Shown one piece after another: positions 48,385 to 57,880 of a stretch of 64,000 nucleotides of DNA. The notes under the pieces were generated by a model that saw only the letters and a program-made list of their open reading frames with translations, ran no database searches and was not told the origin of the DNA. The translations under genes and the position numbers were made by a program. How positions within the stretch are numbered: position 1 is the first letter of the stretch; each line of letters starts with the position of its first letter. Origin of the DNA: a virus; IMG/VR virus record IMGVR_UViG_3300032770_000012, positions 1-64,000 of that record. One strand, given 5' to 3'.

Positions 48385-48705
48385 ATGAAAACACAAGCTT
48401 TAGACTTGCATACTGAGATTCGATCCAACGGTAGCAAGTGGTACGGCGAAGAGCCGGACAACATCGAAACCCTGCTAGGAGTCCTCGCCGAGTGCAAGCT
48501 CGATGAGCGACACTTTGACGGGTTCATTCATCATGACGCGGGCTACCGTGAAGTGTATTTTTTCGGCAATTTTGAAGACGTTTCGCACGTCTTCAGTATC
48601 CATAGCAACGATCCGGCTGTAGTCGCTCCATTGACTAAGGCTATCGTGTCTAACATCTTGCGCCAGCATCCACGCATCAATGCGCGCATTCGGAGGGACT
48701 TCTAG
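48385..48705 (+). CDS. Early hypothetical protein
   Basis: FFGNFEDVSHVFSI motif. Confidence 0.65.
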   Translation: MKTQALDLHTEIRSNGSKWYGEEPDNIETLLGVLAECKLDERHFDGFIHHDAGYREVYFFGNFEDVSHVFSIHSNDPAVVAPLTKAIVSNILRQHPRINARIRRDF

Positions 48706-48707
48706 CC

Positions 48708-48902
48708 ATGATTACAACCGAATTGACCGCGCGCCAGCAGGCTATCATCGGCCTGCTGTGGGACTCCATGAAACGCGATCCAGAACACAAGGACCGCGTG
48801 CGTACCTCATGGGGGACTAAGACTAAGCTGGGACTCGCCTTATGCGTTGAGCGCATTTTCGAAGAACACCCAGCCGGGAAGGAGTCACAAGCCAATGGCT
48901 AA
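48708..48902 (+). CDS. Early hypothetical protein
   Basis: GGAGG RBS; RTSWGTKTKLGL. Confidence 0.6.
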   Translation: MITTELTARQQAIIGLLWDSMKRDPEHKDRVRTSWGTKTKLGLALCVERIFEEHPAGKESQANG

Positions 48903-49236
48903 GACAATTACGCGTGACTTCGCGCCAGCAGACCGCTATCTCTACGACTTCAGGTATTGCACCGTGGCGAACGGCTGGGCGCAAGTGGACACTTCCCAAG
49001 ACGCGAGCTACTTCGGCCAATGGGTTAACCCTGTCAAACGTCAAGTCTTCGCTTATGTTGAGGGAGACTTGATTCTAACCCATGTAGACACGGATTCCGA
49101 GCTACAGGCCGAATTCGCTGAAATGAAACGCTGGAATGAACAGCAAGGCCATAGATTCCTCGGAATCGATCCGGGATTCAGCGAGTCCCTGAAGGCTTCG
49201 CTAATCTCCGCTGGCCTGCAAGAATACTTGCACTAA
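48895..49236 (+). CDS. Conserved mobile-element early protein
   Basis: DRYLYDF..GWAQVDTSQDASYFGQWVNP..EGD; AAGGAG RBS. Confidence 0.7.
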   Translation: MAKTITRDFAPADRYLYDFRYCTVANGWAQVDTSQDASYFGQWVNPVKRQVFAYVEGDLILTHVDTDSELQAEFAEMKRWNEQQGHRFLGIDPGFSESLKASLISAGLQEYLH

Positions 49237-49249
49237 CCGAGACTAGCGC

Positions 49250-49291
49250 GCCCGGTATCTCTTGCGCAAGAGGAATACCGGGCATTTTTTT
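49250..49291 (+). terminator. Rho-independent terminator
   Basis: GCCCGGTAT..ATACCGGGC stem followed by a T7 tract. Confidence 0.8.
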
Positions 49292-49611
49292 GTTCGGGCA
49301 CCTCCGACATGGCGCGCTCCTCTCCGCGCGTTCCTGGCCAGCGCCAGCGCGCGCAGTGAGCCTTTTAATCGCTGCGCGCGCCCGAGGTTCCACGTGACAC
49401 CTTGGCCGGTTTGTCCAGACTGGACGATTTTTTTTGCGCTCGCTCGGCGAGCTTGCCCAATTATCCGAAATCCCATGATGGTTCAAAAAAAATCAACGGA
49501 CTACGGAAGTTTAGAGCACTCCACCGCGCGGGGATTGCTTTCCAGAAAAATTGCCGCGACTAAGGTTTAGACTTCATACCGTTGAAAACATTAGATCCCA
49601 ATGATTAGAGC

Positions 49612-49659
49612 GATGCAAGAAAAACATTGACAAGTGCGCTGATAGTTGTTTACAGTTAT
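49612..49659 (+). promoter_or_regulatory. Early promoter 2 with upstream GATGCAAG box
   Basis: TTGACA-18-TACAGT. Confidence 0.75.
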
Positions 49660-49675
49660 TTTAAAGAGAGACGAC

Positions 49676-49954
49676 ATGGCCCATAACATCGACTACGTTG
49701 AGACTCATCGCGAGGAGTGGTTTGAAATCCAGGTATCGCGCGCCGGTACTCACGATTGGAACGCGACCGGCGAGCAAGCCGACACGTTGGCCGGGATCTT
49801 GGATAAACTCTCCAAACAGGACCCGCGCGGACAGAACGCTTTTGAATACCGGGCGGTTCTCAAGACATTGACGGAGCGAGTAGTTACGCTCACTCAGATA
49901 CCGCCCGCTGCACCACAGAAAGGAGGCCCTATAGAGAACAAATCAGTAGTCTAA
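49676..49954 (+). CDS. Early hypothetical protein
   Basis: GAGAGACG RBS. Confidence 0.6.
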   Translation: MAHNIDYVETHREEWFEIQVSRAGTHDWNATGEQADTLAGILDKLSKQDPRGQNAFEYRAVLKTLTERVVTLTQIPPAAPQKGGPIENKSVV

Positions 49955-50021
49955 GCGCGCGCCTAGAGCACTTGGGGTGCTCTGGCTCGCGGGCGTTTAG
50001 GCCCAACAAAGGAGACGACTT

Positions 50022-50231
50022 ATGCATAGAACGTTTTGCATTGAACGCATTCAAACCGGGGAGCGCGGTATTCAGTACTGGCTTTCCTACGATGACGAGA
50101 TTTACACGCTCGCCGAAGGCAATGAGCGTATGCGTTTTCTCATTCAGAATCAGCCGGATTGCGACTTTAGGCTGATTGAGATTTTGAGTCACAGCGTAGA
50201 CTTGCGGCAAGCGCACGGGGGTTCCCGATGA
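50022..50231 (+). CDS. Early hypothetical protein
   Basis: AAGGAGACG RBS. Confidence 0.55.
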   Translation: MHRTFCIERIQTGERGIQYWLSYDDEIYTLAEGNERMRFLIQNQPDCDFRLIEILSHSVDLRQAHGGSR

Positions 50232-51226
50232 CGCCAGCTTGCCCGGTTAAACCATCCGAACTCGTGCGCGCCTTAACGCTGCTCTATGAGGCCCGCCATC
50301 CGGCGCATGTCTGGGGAAGCCCAGGGACGGGGAAGTCCAGCGTTATGGCGCAAGTCGCTGACTCGCTTGGCATTCAGCTTATCGACGTGCGCGCCGTCCT
50401 GCTCGATCCGGTGGACTTGCGGGGACTGCCGCATATCAACGGCGGCGGGCGCTCGCATTGGGCCATCCCTGACTTTCTGCCGCGCGAGGGCGCTGGCATT
50501 CTGTTTTTCGATGAGGCCAACCGAAGCGCGCCATTGGTCCAGAACGGATTGCTTCAGATCACGCTCGACCGTCGCTTGGGCGAATACCGGCTACCTGACG
50601 GTTGGTGTTGCATGCTGGCCGGTAACCGCGAGTCGGACGGCGGCGGCGTCACAAAGCTCAATTCGGCGCTGTCTAGCAGGTTGACTCACCTAGACTTACA
50701 GGTCGATATGGACGATTGGTGCAAGTGGGCGCTGAGCGCCGATGTTGAGCCGCCCGTGGTAGCGTTCCTGCGATTCAGGCCGGAACTGCTGGACAAGTTC
50801 GACCGCACCGCTCGCGCCTATCCTAATCCGCGCTCCTGGAGCTTTGTTTCCCGGATCGTGGCGAGCCATCCGGACGCTACCGTCGAGCACGCGCTATTTG
50901 CGGGCACGGTCGGCGAAGGTGCTGCTACCGAGTTCTCAGCCTTCATGCGGCTTTATCGGACCTTGCCAGACATGGATGCCATCATCGCGAAACCGGACAA
51001 AGCGCCGGTACCGGATCGCCCGGAAACACTGTTTGCTGTAGCGTCCGCGCTGGCGCGCAAAGCTAACGTCCAAAACTGGGCGCGCATCCTGACCTATGCC
51101 GAACGACTGCCGGAGGAATTTTCCATCTACATGGTGAAAGATTCCGTCATGATCCACCGCGAATTGAACGAAACAAAGGAGTTGACTAAGTACCTGATCG
51201 CTCACAGCGACGTTGCCTTGGCGTGA
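50228..51226 (+). CDS. MoxR / dynein-related AAA+ ATPase
   Basis: GSPGTGKS Walker A, ILFFDE Walker B, AGN, ALSSRL, PNPRSW. Confidence 0.9.
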   Translation: MTPACPVKPSELVRALTLLYEARHPAHVWGSPGTGKSSVMAQVADSLGIQLIDVRAVLLDPVDLRGLPHINGGGRSHWAIPDFLPREGAGILFFDEANRSAPLVQNGLLQITLDRRLGEYRLPDGWCCMLAGNRESDGGGVTKLNSALSSRLTHLDLQVDMDDWCKWALSADVEPPVVAFLRFRPELLDKFDRTARAYPNPRSWSFVSRIVASHPDATVEHALFAGTVGEGAATEFSAFMRLYRTLPDMDAIIAKPDKAPVPDRPETLFAVASALARKANVQNWARILTYAERLPEEFSIYMVKDSVMIHRELNETKELTKYLIAHSDVALA

Positions 51227-51294
51227 GTGCCCGCTTGCAGCGGATTCCACGGAGTCCGCTGCCGGGGGACGCATTCCCCATACAGGAGACGAAC

Positions 51295-52142
51295 ATGGAC
51301 AGTATTACTTCGAAAGCAATGCTCACATCGCTGAGCATCCGCGCTTGGACGGCGGTGAGGCATGACCGCAAGGTCAGTGCCGAAGTAGCGGCGGCGCATA
51401 ACTCGGACGTTCACTTTGGACGTTACAATAAATCGCTGGTCGCGGCCAGCGCCCTGGAACAACTGAAAAAAATAGGCAGTGCCGCACGCTTAGAGCACTA
51501 CCATCGCACGCTCCCCTGGTCAGAGGACGGCTACCGGATTTTGTCGAGCGCCGGGTATTTCCCCGCACTCAGTACGAGGCGGCAGTCCAAGACTTTTGTT
51601 CGGCTTATCCGCAGTACGTGGCGGATGCCAAGCAATCCCTTAACGGTCTGTTCAACGAAGCCGAGTATCCCAAGGCCCACGAGATCGAGCGGAAATTCGG
51701 CTTTGAAATCACCGTGCGCCCGGTTCCCGATGCCGGGGACTTCCGCGTCGATCTGTCAGCGGATGAAACCAACCGCATTCGGCAAGAGATTGAGCTATCG
51801 GTCGAGAACACCGTGAAGGCCGCGATGCAAGACGCCTTTATCCGGCTCAGGGATGTGGTGGGCCATATGGCCGAAAGATTGACGCTCTATACCGAAGCGC
51901 CTAACGGCAAAGTGGTTAACCCATTCCGCGATACCGTTGTAACCAACATCACGGATTTGCTGGACGTCCTGCCGTCGCTCAACTTGACTGGCTCGCCAGA
52001 GCTTGACGCATTTGCCGATGAAGTGCGGTCCAAGCTGGCGAACTTCAGCCCCGACCAACTGCGCAATTCCGCCGTCATCCGCAATTCGACCAAAGAAGCC
52101 GCTGCCGAGATCCTCAAGAAAATGGAGGACTTCCTGAAATGA
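51295..52142 (+). pseudogene. DUF3150-like phage protein split by a -1 frame change near 51560
   Basis: MDSITSKAML..TLPWSEDGYRIL..GYF continues in another frame as RTQYEAAV..FNEAEYP..PVPDAGDFRVDL. Confidence 0.75.
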
Positions 52143-52396
52143 ACGAGGCTTTCACGCACGCTCGTAAGGGCGACAAATTCTTTAAGTTCGTCTGGCTTTC
52201 GAATCTTGGCACGGAATATTCCAGCGGTCGCGACGTGGCTGAGGCCTTCGGAAGCGCCGGTTACAGTGCTGGAGCGCTAGCGGCTTTGGATTATCACGCC
52301 GAAGTTTTCCCCTGTAAAGACTGCGATTTTATTGGGGATTCCAAGGCCGATCTGACAAAGCACAAGCGCTCTTGTGGAAAGAAGGTATCAGCATGA
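52139..52396 (+). CDS. Hypothetical protein with C2HC zinc finger
   Basis: CKDC..HKRSC; ATGA overlaps at both ends. Confidence 0.55.
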   Translation: MNEAFTHARKGDKFFKFVWLSNLGTEYSSGRDVAEAFGSAGYSAGALAALDYHAEVFPCKDCDFIGDSKADLTKHKRSCGKKVSA

Positions 52397-54372
52397 CCAA
52401 ATCACTCCCGATGGATGCTGCCAAGCTGATGAGCCGGGCGCGCACTAAGCTGATGCTCAACCATCCGTGGTTCGGTTCGCTCGCCATGCGCCTGAGAATG
52501 CAGGAGCGCTCCGACATCCCCACTATGGCGACCGACGGAACGTATCTGTTTTATAATCCTACGTTTACGGCGTCATTGAGTGAAGCGGAGCGCTTAGGCG
52601 TGGTTGCACATGAGGTAATGCACGCCTGTTTGGGTCATGTATTTCGTCGCCAAAACCGTGACCCGTATAGGTTTAACGTTTCCTGCGATCTGGCGATTAA
52701 CCCGATACTGATCGAGGCGGGCCTGACTTTGCCCAAGGGCGTGCTGATAGACGACAAGTTTAAAGGCATGTCTGCTGAGGCGATATACGCCCGCCTTCCT
52801 ATCAACCAGCAGGGGGGCGCTGGTAAGGGATCACCGCAATCCGGGGGCGCTCCTAGCGCCCCTAATGGCCGAAGATCGATGGGGAATTGTCCGACTGGCG
52901 AGTTTTGGGACTCACCTTCTATCGGATCTTGTCCAGATCCGGACGCCATGACGGAGCAAGACTGGCGCATTGCGGCTGAGCAGGCTTGCCAGATAGCCCG
53001 TAAAGCCGGTAAACTGCCAGCGAGTCTTGACAGGGCGGTCGAGCAGGGCCGAAAGAGTCGCACGGACTGGCGGGCGCTCTTGCGTGAGTTCATACAATCC
53101 ACCACGCCGAGCGATTATTGCGTCGGGCCGGAAACGATGGTCCTACGAGCAGATCTCACATGGGCACGCGCTGACGAGATCAAGATCGGCGATGAACTAA
53201 TCGGGGTCGATGAACACCCCGCTCGCTCCGTTGACACCAATGTGTATGGGCGGAGACGCGTCCGCGTTTCAGTGGTTGAGTCCGCCCATACCTTCAATTC
53301 CACTAGACTCGCGGTGACTACGGATCGGGGGACAACGATTGTCACCCCCGACCATCGCTTTCTCTGTTTCAAGTCTGGCGGCAAACTCCATTGGAAGTAC
53401 GCAAAGAATCTCCGCCAAAATGATCAAATCAAAATGCTTCTACAACCATGGACCGAGGATTTATCTGACTCATGGCTAGCCGGGATGCTTGATGGTGAAG
53501 GAACATTGACAGCCAATCCGGCGACATCGCCCCGTTCCGGCCTGAACCTCCGCATTAGCCAAGCAGAAGGCCCCGTGCTTGACCGCGCTGTCTCTGAGTT
53601 TGCTAACTTTTCATCAGTTGCGAAACGGATAAAGATATGCAAACCGCCTAGACATCTCGGCTCTCAAGTGATCGGAGAAGTGATAGTCTGTCGTGTGGCA
53701 GATGTTCTCCGTATTATCGGCCAGCACCGACCGACTCGATTGCTGCCAAAAATGCTCGATATGATACGGCGTGGTTATTTTTCTCTGCCTCGCTTGGACA
53801 GGGCCACTGTGCGTAGTGTCACTCTTTGTAAACCTGGATCAGTTGTTGCCATTCAGACCACTACACGCACGCTCATAACTGACGGCCTAATCAGCCACAA
53901 CTGTTGGTGCGCCCCCAGCAGGCGCTACATTTCGCAGGGTTTGTACCTTCCGGGGATCGTTAAGGAAGGCATGGGGCCTATTGTGGTGGCGATCGATACC
54001 AGCGGGTCAATCACGCGCCGGATGCTCAACGTGTTCGCCGCCGAGCTATCGGAGATCCTGACAGAGTGCCGCCCGGAATCGGTGGAGGTCATCTATTGCG
54101 ATGCGGCGGTCCAATCCACGGAGACATTCACGCCCGATGATGGCTTGGTAGAACTCAAGGCCAAGGGCGGCGGCGGCACGGCATTCCGGCCCGTTTTTGA
54201 ATGGGTTGCGGACCATAACTTAGAGCCCGTCGCGATGGTGTATGCTACGGACCTGGAGAGCTTTGACGCGCCCGACGATCCGGGAAGTTATCCGGTTCTG
54301 TGGCTGACGCCGGAGGACGTATCGCGGGGCGTCCCATTTGGCCGTCATGTGCCGGTGGACGTGGAGGATTGA
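52393..54372 (+). CDS. DUF2201-type metallopeptidase-vWA protein containing an intein
   Basis: TMATDG, HEVMH (HExxH), VAIDTSGS MIDAS, GGGGT.F. Confidence 0.9.
   Translation: MTKSLPMDAAKLMSRARTKLMLNHPWFGSLAMRLRMQERSDIPTMATDGTYLFYNPTFTASLSEAERLGVVAHEVMHACLGHVFRRQNRDPYRFNVSCDLAINPILIEAGLTLPKGVLIDDKFKGMSAEAIYARLPINQQGGAGKGSPQSGGAPSAPNGRRSMGNCPTGEFWDSPSIGSCPDPDAMTEQDWRIAAEQACQIARKAGKLPASLDRAVEQGRKSRTDWRALLREFIQSTTPSDYCVGPETMVLRADLTWARADEIKIGDELIGVDEHPARSVDTNVYGRRRVRVSVVESAHTFNSTRLAVTTDRGTTIVTPDHRFLCFKSGGKLHWKYAKNLRQNDQIKMLLQPWTEDLSDSWLAGMLDGEGTLTANPATSPRSGLNLRISQAEGPVLDRAVSEFANFSSVAKRIKICKPPRHLGSQVIGEVIVCRVADVLRIIGQHRPTRLLPKMLDMIRRGYFSLPRLDRATVRSVTLCKPGSVVAIQTTTRTLITDGLISHNCWCAPSRRYISQGLYLPGIVKEGMGPIVVAIDTSGSITRRMLNVFAAELSEILTECRPESVEVIYCDAAVQSTETFTPDDGLVELKAKGGGGTAFRPVFEWVADHNLEPVAMVYATDLESFDAPDDPGSYPVLWLTPEDVSRGVPFGRHVPVDVED
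53119..53901 (+). mobile_element. Intein (261 aa) with LAGLIDADG homing-endonuclease domain
   Basis: Starts CVGPETMV, block B TPDHRF, WLAGMLDGEG, ends LISHN followed by Cys+1. Confidence 0.9.
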
Positions 54373-54716
54373 TTGACGCGGTTCGTTGTGATCTCGGAAG
54401 GTGTTACGTTTCGCGTAGATCGTGTATGGACGCAGATTGGCGAGGTTTATATTTTGTCAAGCGCAAACTGGGGCGCGCCGAGCGGGAGGCGCTCCCGAAG
54501 GTCCGCAACATCTACGACGGCAAACAGGTAACGGTAGAGGACTTACGTGGAATCCCCGCCGATGACGCCAGGGAACTCGCTATGAGGATCATGGTGTTCG
54601 GAGCGGAGATCCATATCGGCATCGATCTCAGCGTCCTGAACAACTACACTCAGAGATACTCAAAGGCAATGGATACGATCTACAAGACCTCTCCGTTGTA
54701 CAAGCTGAAGTCATGA
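54369..54716 (+). CDS. AMRI-motif paralog 1
   Basis: TTG start overlapping the vWA stop; VTVEDLRGIPADDARELAMRIMVFG. Confidence 0.7.
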   Translation: MIDAVRCDLGRCYVSRRSCMDADWRGLYFVKRKLGRAEREALPKVRNIYDGKQVTVEDLRGIPADDARELAMRIMVFGAEIHIGIDLSVLNNYTQRYSKAMDTIYKTSPLYKLKS

Positions 54717-55060
54717 TTATCGCGATGCAGAAGCGCGCCGGATTCGCTACCTACGGGGATAGCATTACAAACGCACTGTCCGATCAGACCTATACCGGCA
54801 GCAACTCTCGCGGGCCGTCCTGGGCGTACTTCGTTGTGACGGAGGAAAAGGACCCTGAGCGGATCTCGTGGCGCTGGCGCGCACATCAGCCGGAAGTTAT
54901 GGTTTTCGAGGGATTTATTCCGAAACTGGAGCAACTCTGGGACGGCAAGGCCGTTACCATCGAGGACTTGCGCGCCGTCGAGTCGGGAGACAAAGAGGCG
55001 GCGGCGTTGGCGCTCCGCATCATGCTGCTCGGAAACGGACGCGACTCGCCACCATTTTAA
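54713..55060 (+). CDS. AMRI-motif paralog 2
   Basis: VTIEDLRAVESGDKEAAALALRIMLLG. Confidence 0.75.
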   Translation: MIIAMQKRAGFATYGDSITNALSDQTYTGSNSRGPSWAYFVVTEEKDPERISWRWRAHQPEVMVFEGFIPKLEQLWDGKAVTIEDLRAVESGDKEAAALALRIMLLGNGRDSPPF

Positions 55061-55096
55061 TCCGTTTTGACCTCCATTCTGATATACTGGTCGGAC

Positions 55097-55534
55097 ATGA
55101 AAATATGCTTTAAGTGTCATTCACTCAAACCTTTGGATGACTTCTATGAACATCCCAAGATGAAGGATGGTCATCTAGGAAAATGCAAGCAGTGCGCAAA
55201 GGATGATTCGAATGCAAGGCGCGCTGAAAAACTTGAATCTGTCAGAGCTTACGACAGAGAGCGCGCACAGAATCCTGCCAGAAAAGCGGCGGTACGTCGC
55301 TATGTGAGGGCGCGAAACTTGCGCTATCCGCAGAAACGAAAAGCTAGAATCGCTGTCGGCAACGCTATACGGGACGGATTATTGGTCAAGCTGCCATGCG
55401 TTCGGTGCGGCGACGAAAACGTGGAAGCCCATCACCATGATTACTCAAAGCCTCTGGAGGTGATTTGGCTGTGCTACCTACATCATAGAGAAATCCACGC
55501 AGAGATAAAACAACAGGCAATTTCAATGGTTTAG
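55097..55534 (+). CDS. Zn-finger HNH-like endonuclease inserted in the paralog array
   Basis: CFKC..FY..CKQC, CVRCG..EAHHHDYSKPL..WLC..HH; TG-n-TATACT upstream. Confidence 0.8.
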   Translation: MKICFKCHSLKPLDDFYEHPKMKDGHLGKCKQCAKDDSNARRAEKLESVRAYDRERAQNPARKAAVRRYVRARNLRYPQKRKARIAVGNAIRDGLLVKLPCVRCGDENVEAHHHDYSKPLEVIWLCYLHHREIHAEIKQQAISMV

Positions 55535-55537
55535 AGC

Positions 55538-55780
55538 ATGGGAATCTACGCAAAGAGCGGCAAGTACATGGATGTATATCGGGCTGAATTCTTCTCCGGT
55601 CACTGGCGCTGGCGCTGGCTGACAATCAGAAAACGCCAATCAACTTATTGCCTTAAAGCTAAAGTGGTTCATGGTGTCTATTCCGCCGCTTTTGTCACGG
55701 TCGAGCATCTCGCGCAATTCCCGCAAACTGATGAGGTTAAAGCGCTGTCCATGCGTATCCTGATGGGGATCGGACAATGA
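55538..55780 (+). CDS. AMRI-motif paralog 3
   Basis: VTVEHLAQFPQTDEVKALSMRILMG. Confidence 0.75.
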   Translation: MGIYAKSGKYMDVYRAEFFSGHWRWRWLTIRKRQSTYCLKAKVVHGVYSAAFVTVEHLAQFPQTDEVKALSMRILMGIGQ

Positions 55781-56175
55781 AACTGCCGAAATTATACTGC
55801 CGGTCCGATGCCGGTCGAGTCTTTATGCTGGATTTGCGATACACCTACAATTTACACATTGAGTGGCGGCGGCATGGGGGGATCTTATTCCAATCCGAGA
55901 GCCAACTACCATTTACTCCGGCTGCCGCCGTTTTAGTATGGTCTCCATTTTTGCTGCGCATTGAGGAAACCAAAACTATTGGAATCACACCGTTTATACG
56001 CATGCTTGAGGAAACCAAAACTATTGGAATCACACCGTTTATACGCATGCAAGACAGAGGAGAGCCGAATCCGGCAAATTCTGTTCTGTTCAGAATAGAG
56101 GACTTGAAGCACTTCCCGCAAACCGATGAACTGAAGGAATTTGCCATGCGGCTGACGTTGGGGTTGCCGGAATGA
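55777..56175 (+). CDS. AMRI-motif paralog 4
   Basis: FRIEDLKHFPQTDELKEFAMRLTLG. Confidence 0.75.
   Translation: MKLPKLYCRSDAGRVFMLDLRYTYNLHIEWRRHGGILFQSESQLPFTPAAAVLVWSPFLLRIEETKTIGITPFIRMLEETKTIGITPFIRMQDRGEPNPANSVLFRIEDLKHFPQTDELKEFAMRLTLGLPE
55961..56050 (+). repeat. Perfect 45-bp in-frame tandem duplication
   Basis: TTGAGGAAACCAAAACTATTGGAATCACACCGTTTATACGCATGC twice. Confidence 0.95.
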
Positions 56176-56438
56176 TATTGTGCCGGGACGCAAGCGGGGT
56201 AATTGTGCGCTTGTTTTCGGAGGAGGGGTTCTATTGGTGGGAGGCAGCATGGCTGGCGGCGGTCTGGTGTTCTCCGGAGGAAGCAATCCCTATGGTAGAA
56301 CAGATCTCTGTTCCGGACGATTGGCGTGGTCTTATGCGGTTTCCTGTCAAACTAGAACACTTAGAAACTTTAGAGCAGACCGACGAACTCAGGGAGGTCG
56401 CCATGCGGATCATGCTCGGGATCGGAGCGCCGGAATGA
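56172..56438 (+). CDS. AMRI-motif paralog 5
   Basis: VKLEHLETLEQTDELREVAMRIMLG. Confidence 0.75.
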   Translation: MILCRDASGVIVRLFSEEGFYWWEAAWLAAVWCSPEEAIPMVEQISVPDDWRGLMRFPVKLEHLETLEQTDELREVAMRIMLGIGAPE

Positions 56439-56734
56439 TGGATCTGCCGAAGTTATTCACGCGGGGCGGGGCGAACGGACCGTATTGGCAGCTTCAACGA
56501 CTGGTACTGGATGCTCCAGACCGGCCCGTCCGCTTCGTCTTTCAATGGGCCAATGTGCAGCACGAATACTTCCGAACTGAAATTCTCAAGGGGGCCGCTG
56601 TTTCCCAAATGCTGATGCAGCGGTTGCCCAATAGGATTCACAACCCGTTCCGGCTGGAAGATCTGAAGGGCTTCCCTCAGACCAACGAAATTCGGGAATT
56701 CGCCATGCGAATTGCGCTCGGTTTGGAACCGTAG
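56435..56734 (+). CDS. AMRI-motif paralog 6
   Basis: ATGA overlap; FRLEDLKGFPQTNEIREFAMRIALG. Confidence 0.75.
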   Translation: MMDLPKLFTRGGANGPYWQLQRLVLDAPDRPVRFVFQWANVQHEYFRTEILKGAAVSQMLMQRLPNRIHNPFRLEDLKGFPQTNEIREFAMRIALGLEP

Positions 56735-56886
56735 CATTCTCGCCCTTTGACGGCCAAAATTCACGCCGATTTGTTGGGCACTTTTGGTCAAAACTAGGGT
56801 TTCGATGCGTCCAAGGGGCCAGAAACGTGCCGAAAATTTGACTTCTTTGTTCTGGCGATGCTAGGCTTTGCCTAGCACCCAAAAAA

Positions 56887-57468
56887 ATGAATCTGGCAAA
56901 AAGAGAGCGGACGAAACTTGGACGACTTCTCCTCGAAATTCAAGTAAGACAATGGGAAGAGGAAAAGCGCCTGTTCAAAAAGCCCGTCGAATATCACGGT
57001 CTCAGCGGGACTCCAGAATATAGATCCTGGAGCGCAATGATTTCAAGATGTCTCAACCCTAGAAACGATTCGTTTGACAACTACGGCGGTCGCGGTATCA
57101 AGGTGTGTTATCGATGGAGAGAATCCTTCGTTGCTTTCTACAAGGATATGGGTCCGAAACCAAGGCGCGGCCTGTCAATCGATCGCATTGACAACAATGG
57201 TAACTACGAGCCCGGAAATTGTCGTTGGGCTGGTACTTTTGAACAATCTCGCAATATGAGGAAGAACATTCTTATTGAGCACGATGGTCGCACGCACATC
57301 ATCAGCGATTGGGCTGTTTTAAGCGGGATACCATTGAGTTTACTGAGCTACCGTCTCAAGCGTGGTTGGTCTTTTGATCGAGCTATTTCTACTCCGGTAG
57401 CCAAGTCTGTTCCGCGCCAGCGCCCTTCGCTTCAGTTGGACCCGGTGTGCGGTCCGATGACCGCTTAA
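56887..57468 (+). CDS. HNH endonuclease
   Basis: YRSWSAMISRC..YGGRGI..SIDRIDNNGNYEPGNCRWA. Confidence 0.85.
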   Translation: MNLAKRERTKLGRLLLEIQVRQWEEEKRLFKKPVEYHGLSGTPEYRSWSAMISRCLNPRNDSFDNYGGRGIKVCYRWRESFVAFYKDMGPKPRRGLSIDRIDNNGNYEPGNCRWAGTFEQSRNMRKNILIEHDGRTHIISDWAVLSGIPLSLLSYRLKRGWSFDRAISTPVAKSVPRQRPSLQLDPVCGPMTA

Positions 57469-57880
57469 CCGAGCCCTTCGTGTCCAGACTGGACGGATCG
57501 AAGTAATCGGCTAGTTTGGGGGCCTTCTTACGGACCTTCTTGGACAGCATTTCCTCGCGGACTTTCTGGGTTCGTGCGATCATCTGGTCGGGCGGCAACT
57601 CCATGAAGGCTTCCATCAGGTAGTTGACCCGCTCCATGACGTAGACTAGATACTCGACCGACTCGGACAGCCAGCGTAGGCTTTGTTCGGTGCGGTGGGG
57701 TACCAGCACATGGGCGGCGACCTGCTTAACGTATTGCGGATGGCAACCTACAGCCTTAGCGATCTCTTCGTTCTTGACGCCCTTGTCCAGCATATCCCTA
57801 ATCGCGGCGGCTCTGGACTCGTACTGACCCCATGGCTTCTTGCGGTTCCTGGGTGTTTTTTCTTGCATCCTAGCGGACAT
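57389..57880 (-). CDS. HTH transcription regulator (repressor candidate)
   Basis: IRDMLDKGVKNEEIAKAVGCHPQYVKQV; divergent from the 57956 operon. Confidence 0.65.
   Translation of the reverse strand: MSARMQEKTPRNRKKPWGQYESRAAAIRDMLDKGVKNEEIAKAVGCHPQYVKQVAAHVLVPHRTEQSLRWLSESVEYLVYVMERVNYLMEAFMELPPDQMIARTQKVREEMLSKKVRKKAPKLADYFDPSSLDTKGSVKRSSDRTPGPTEAKGAGAEQTWLPE

Noticed and set aside
46839-51276. Integron attC cassette array
   Set aside because: The hairpins lack RYYYAAC/GTTRRRY ends and no tyrosine integrase is visible
54369-56734. Diversity-generating retroelement or CRISPR array behind the repeats
   Set aside because: No reverse transcriptase, no adenine-specific TR/VR pair and no regular repeat-spacer period
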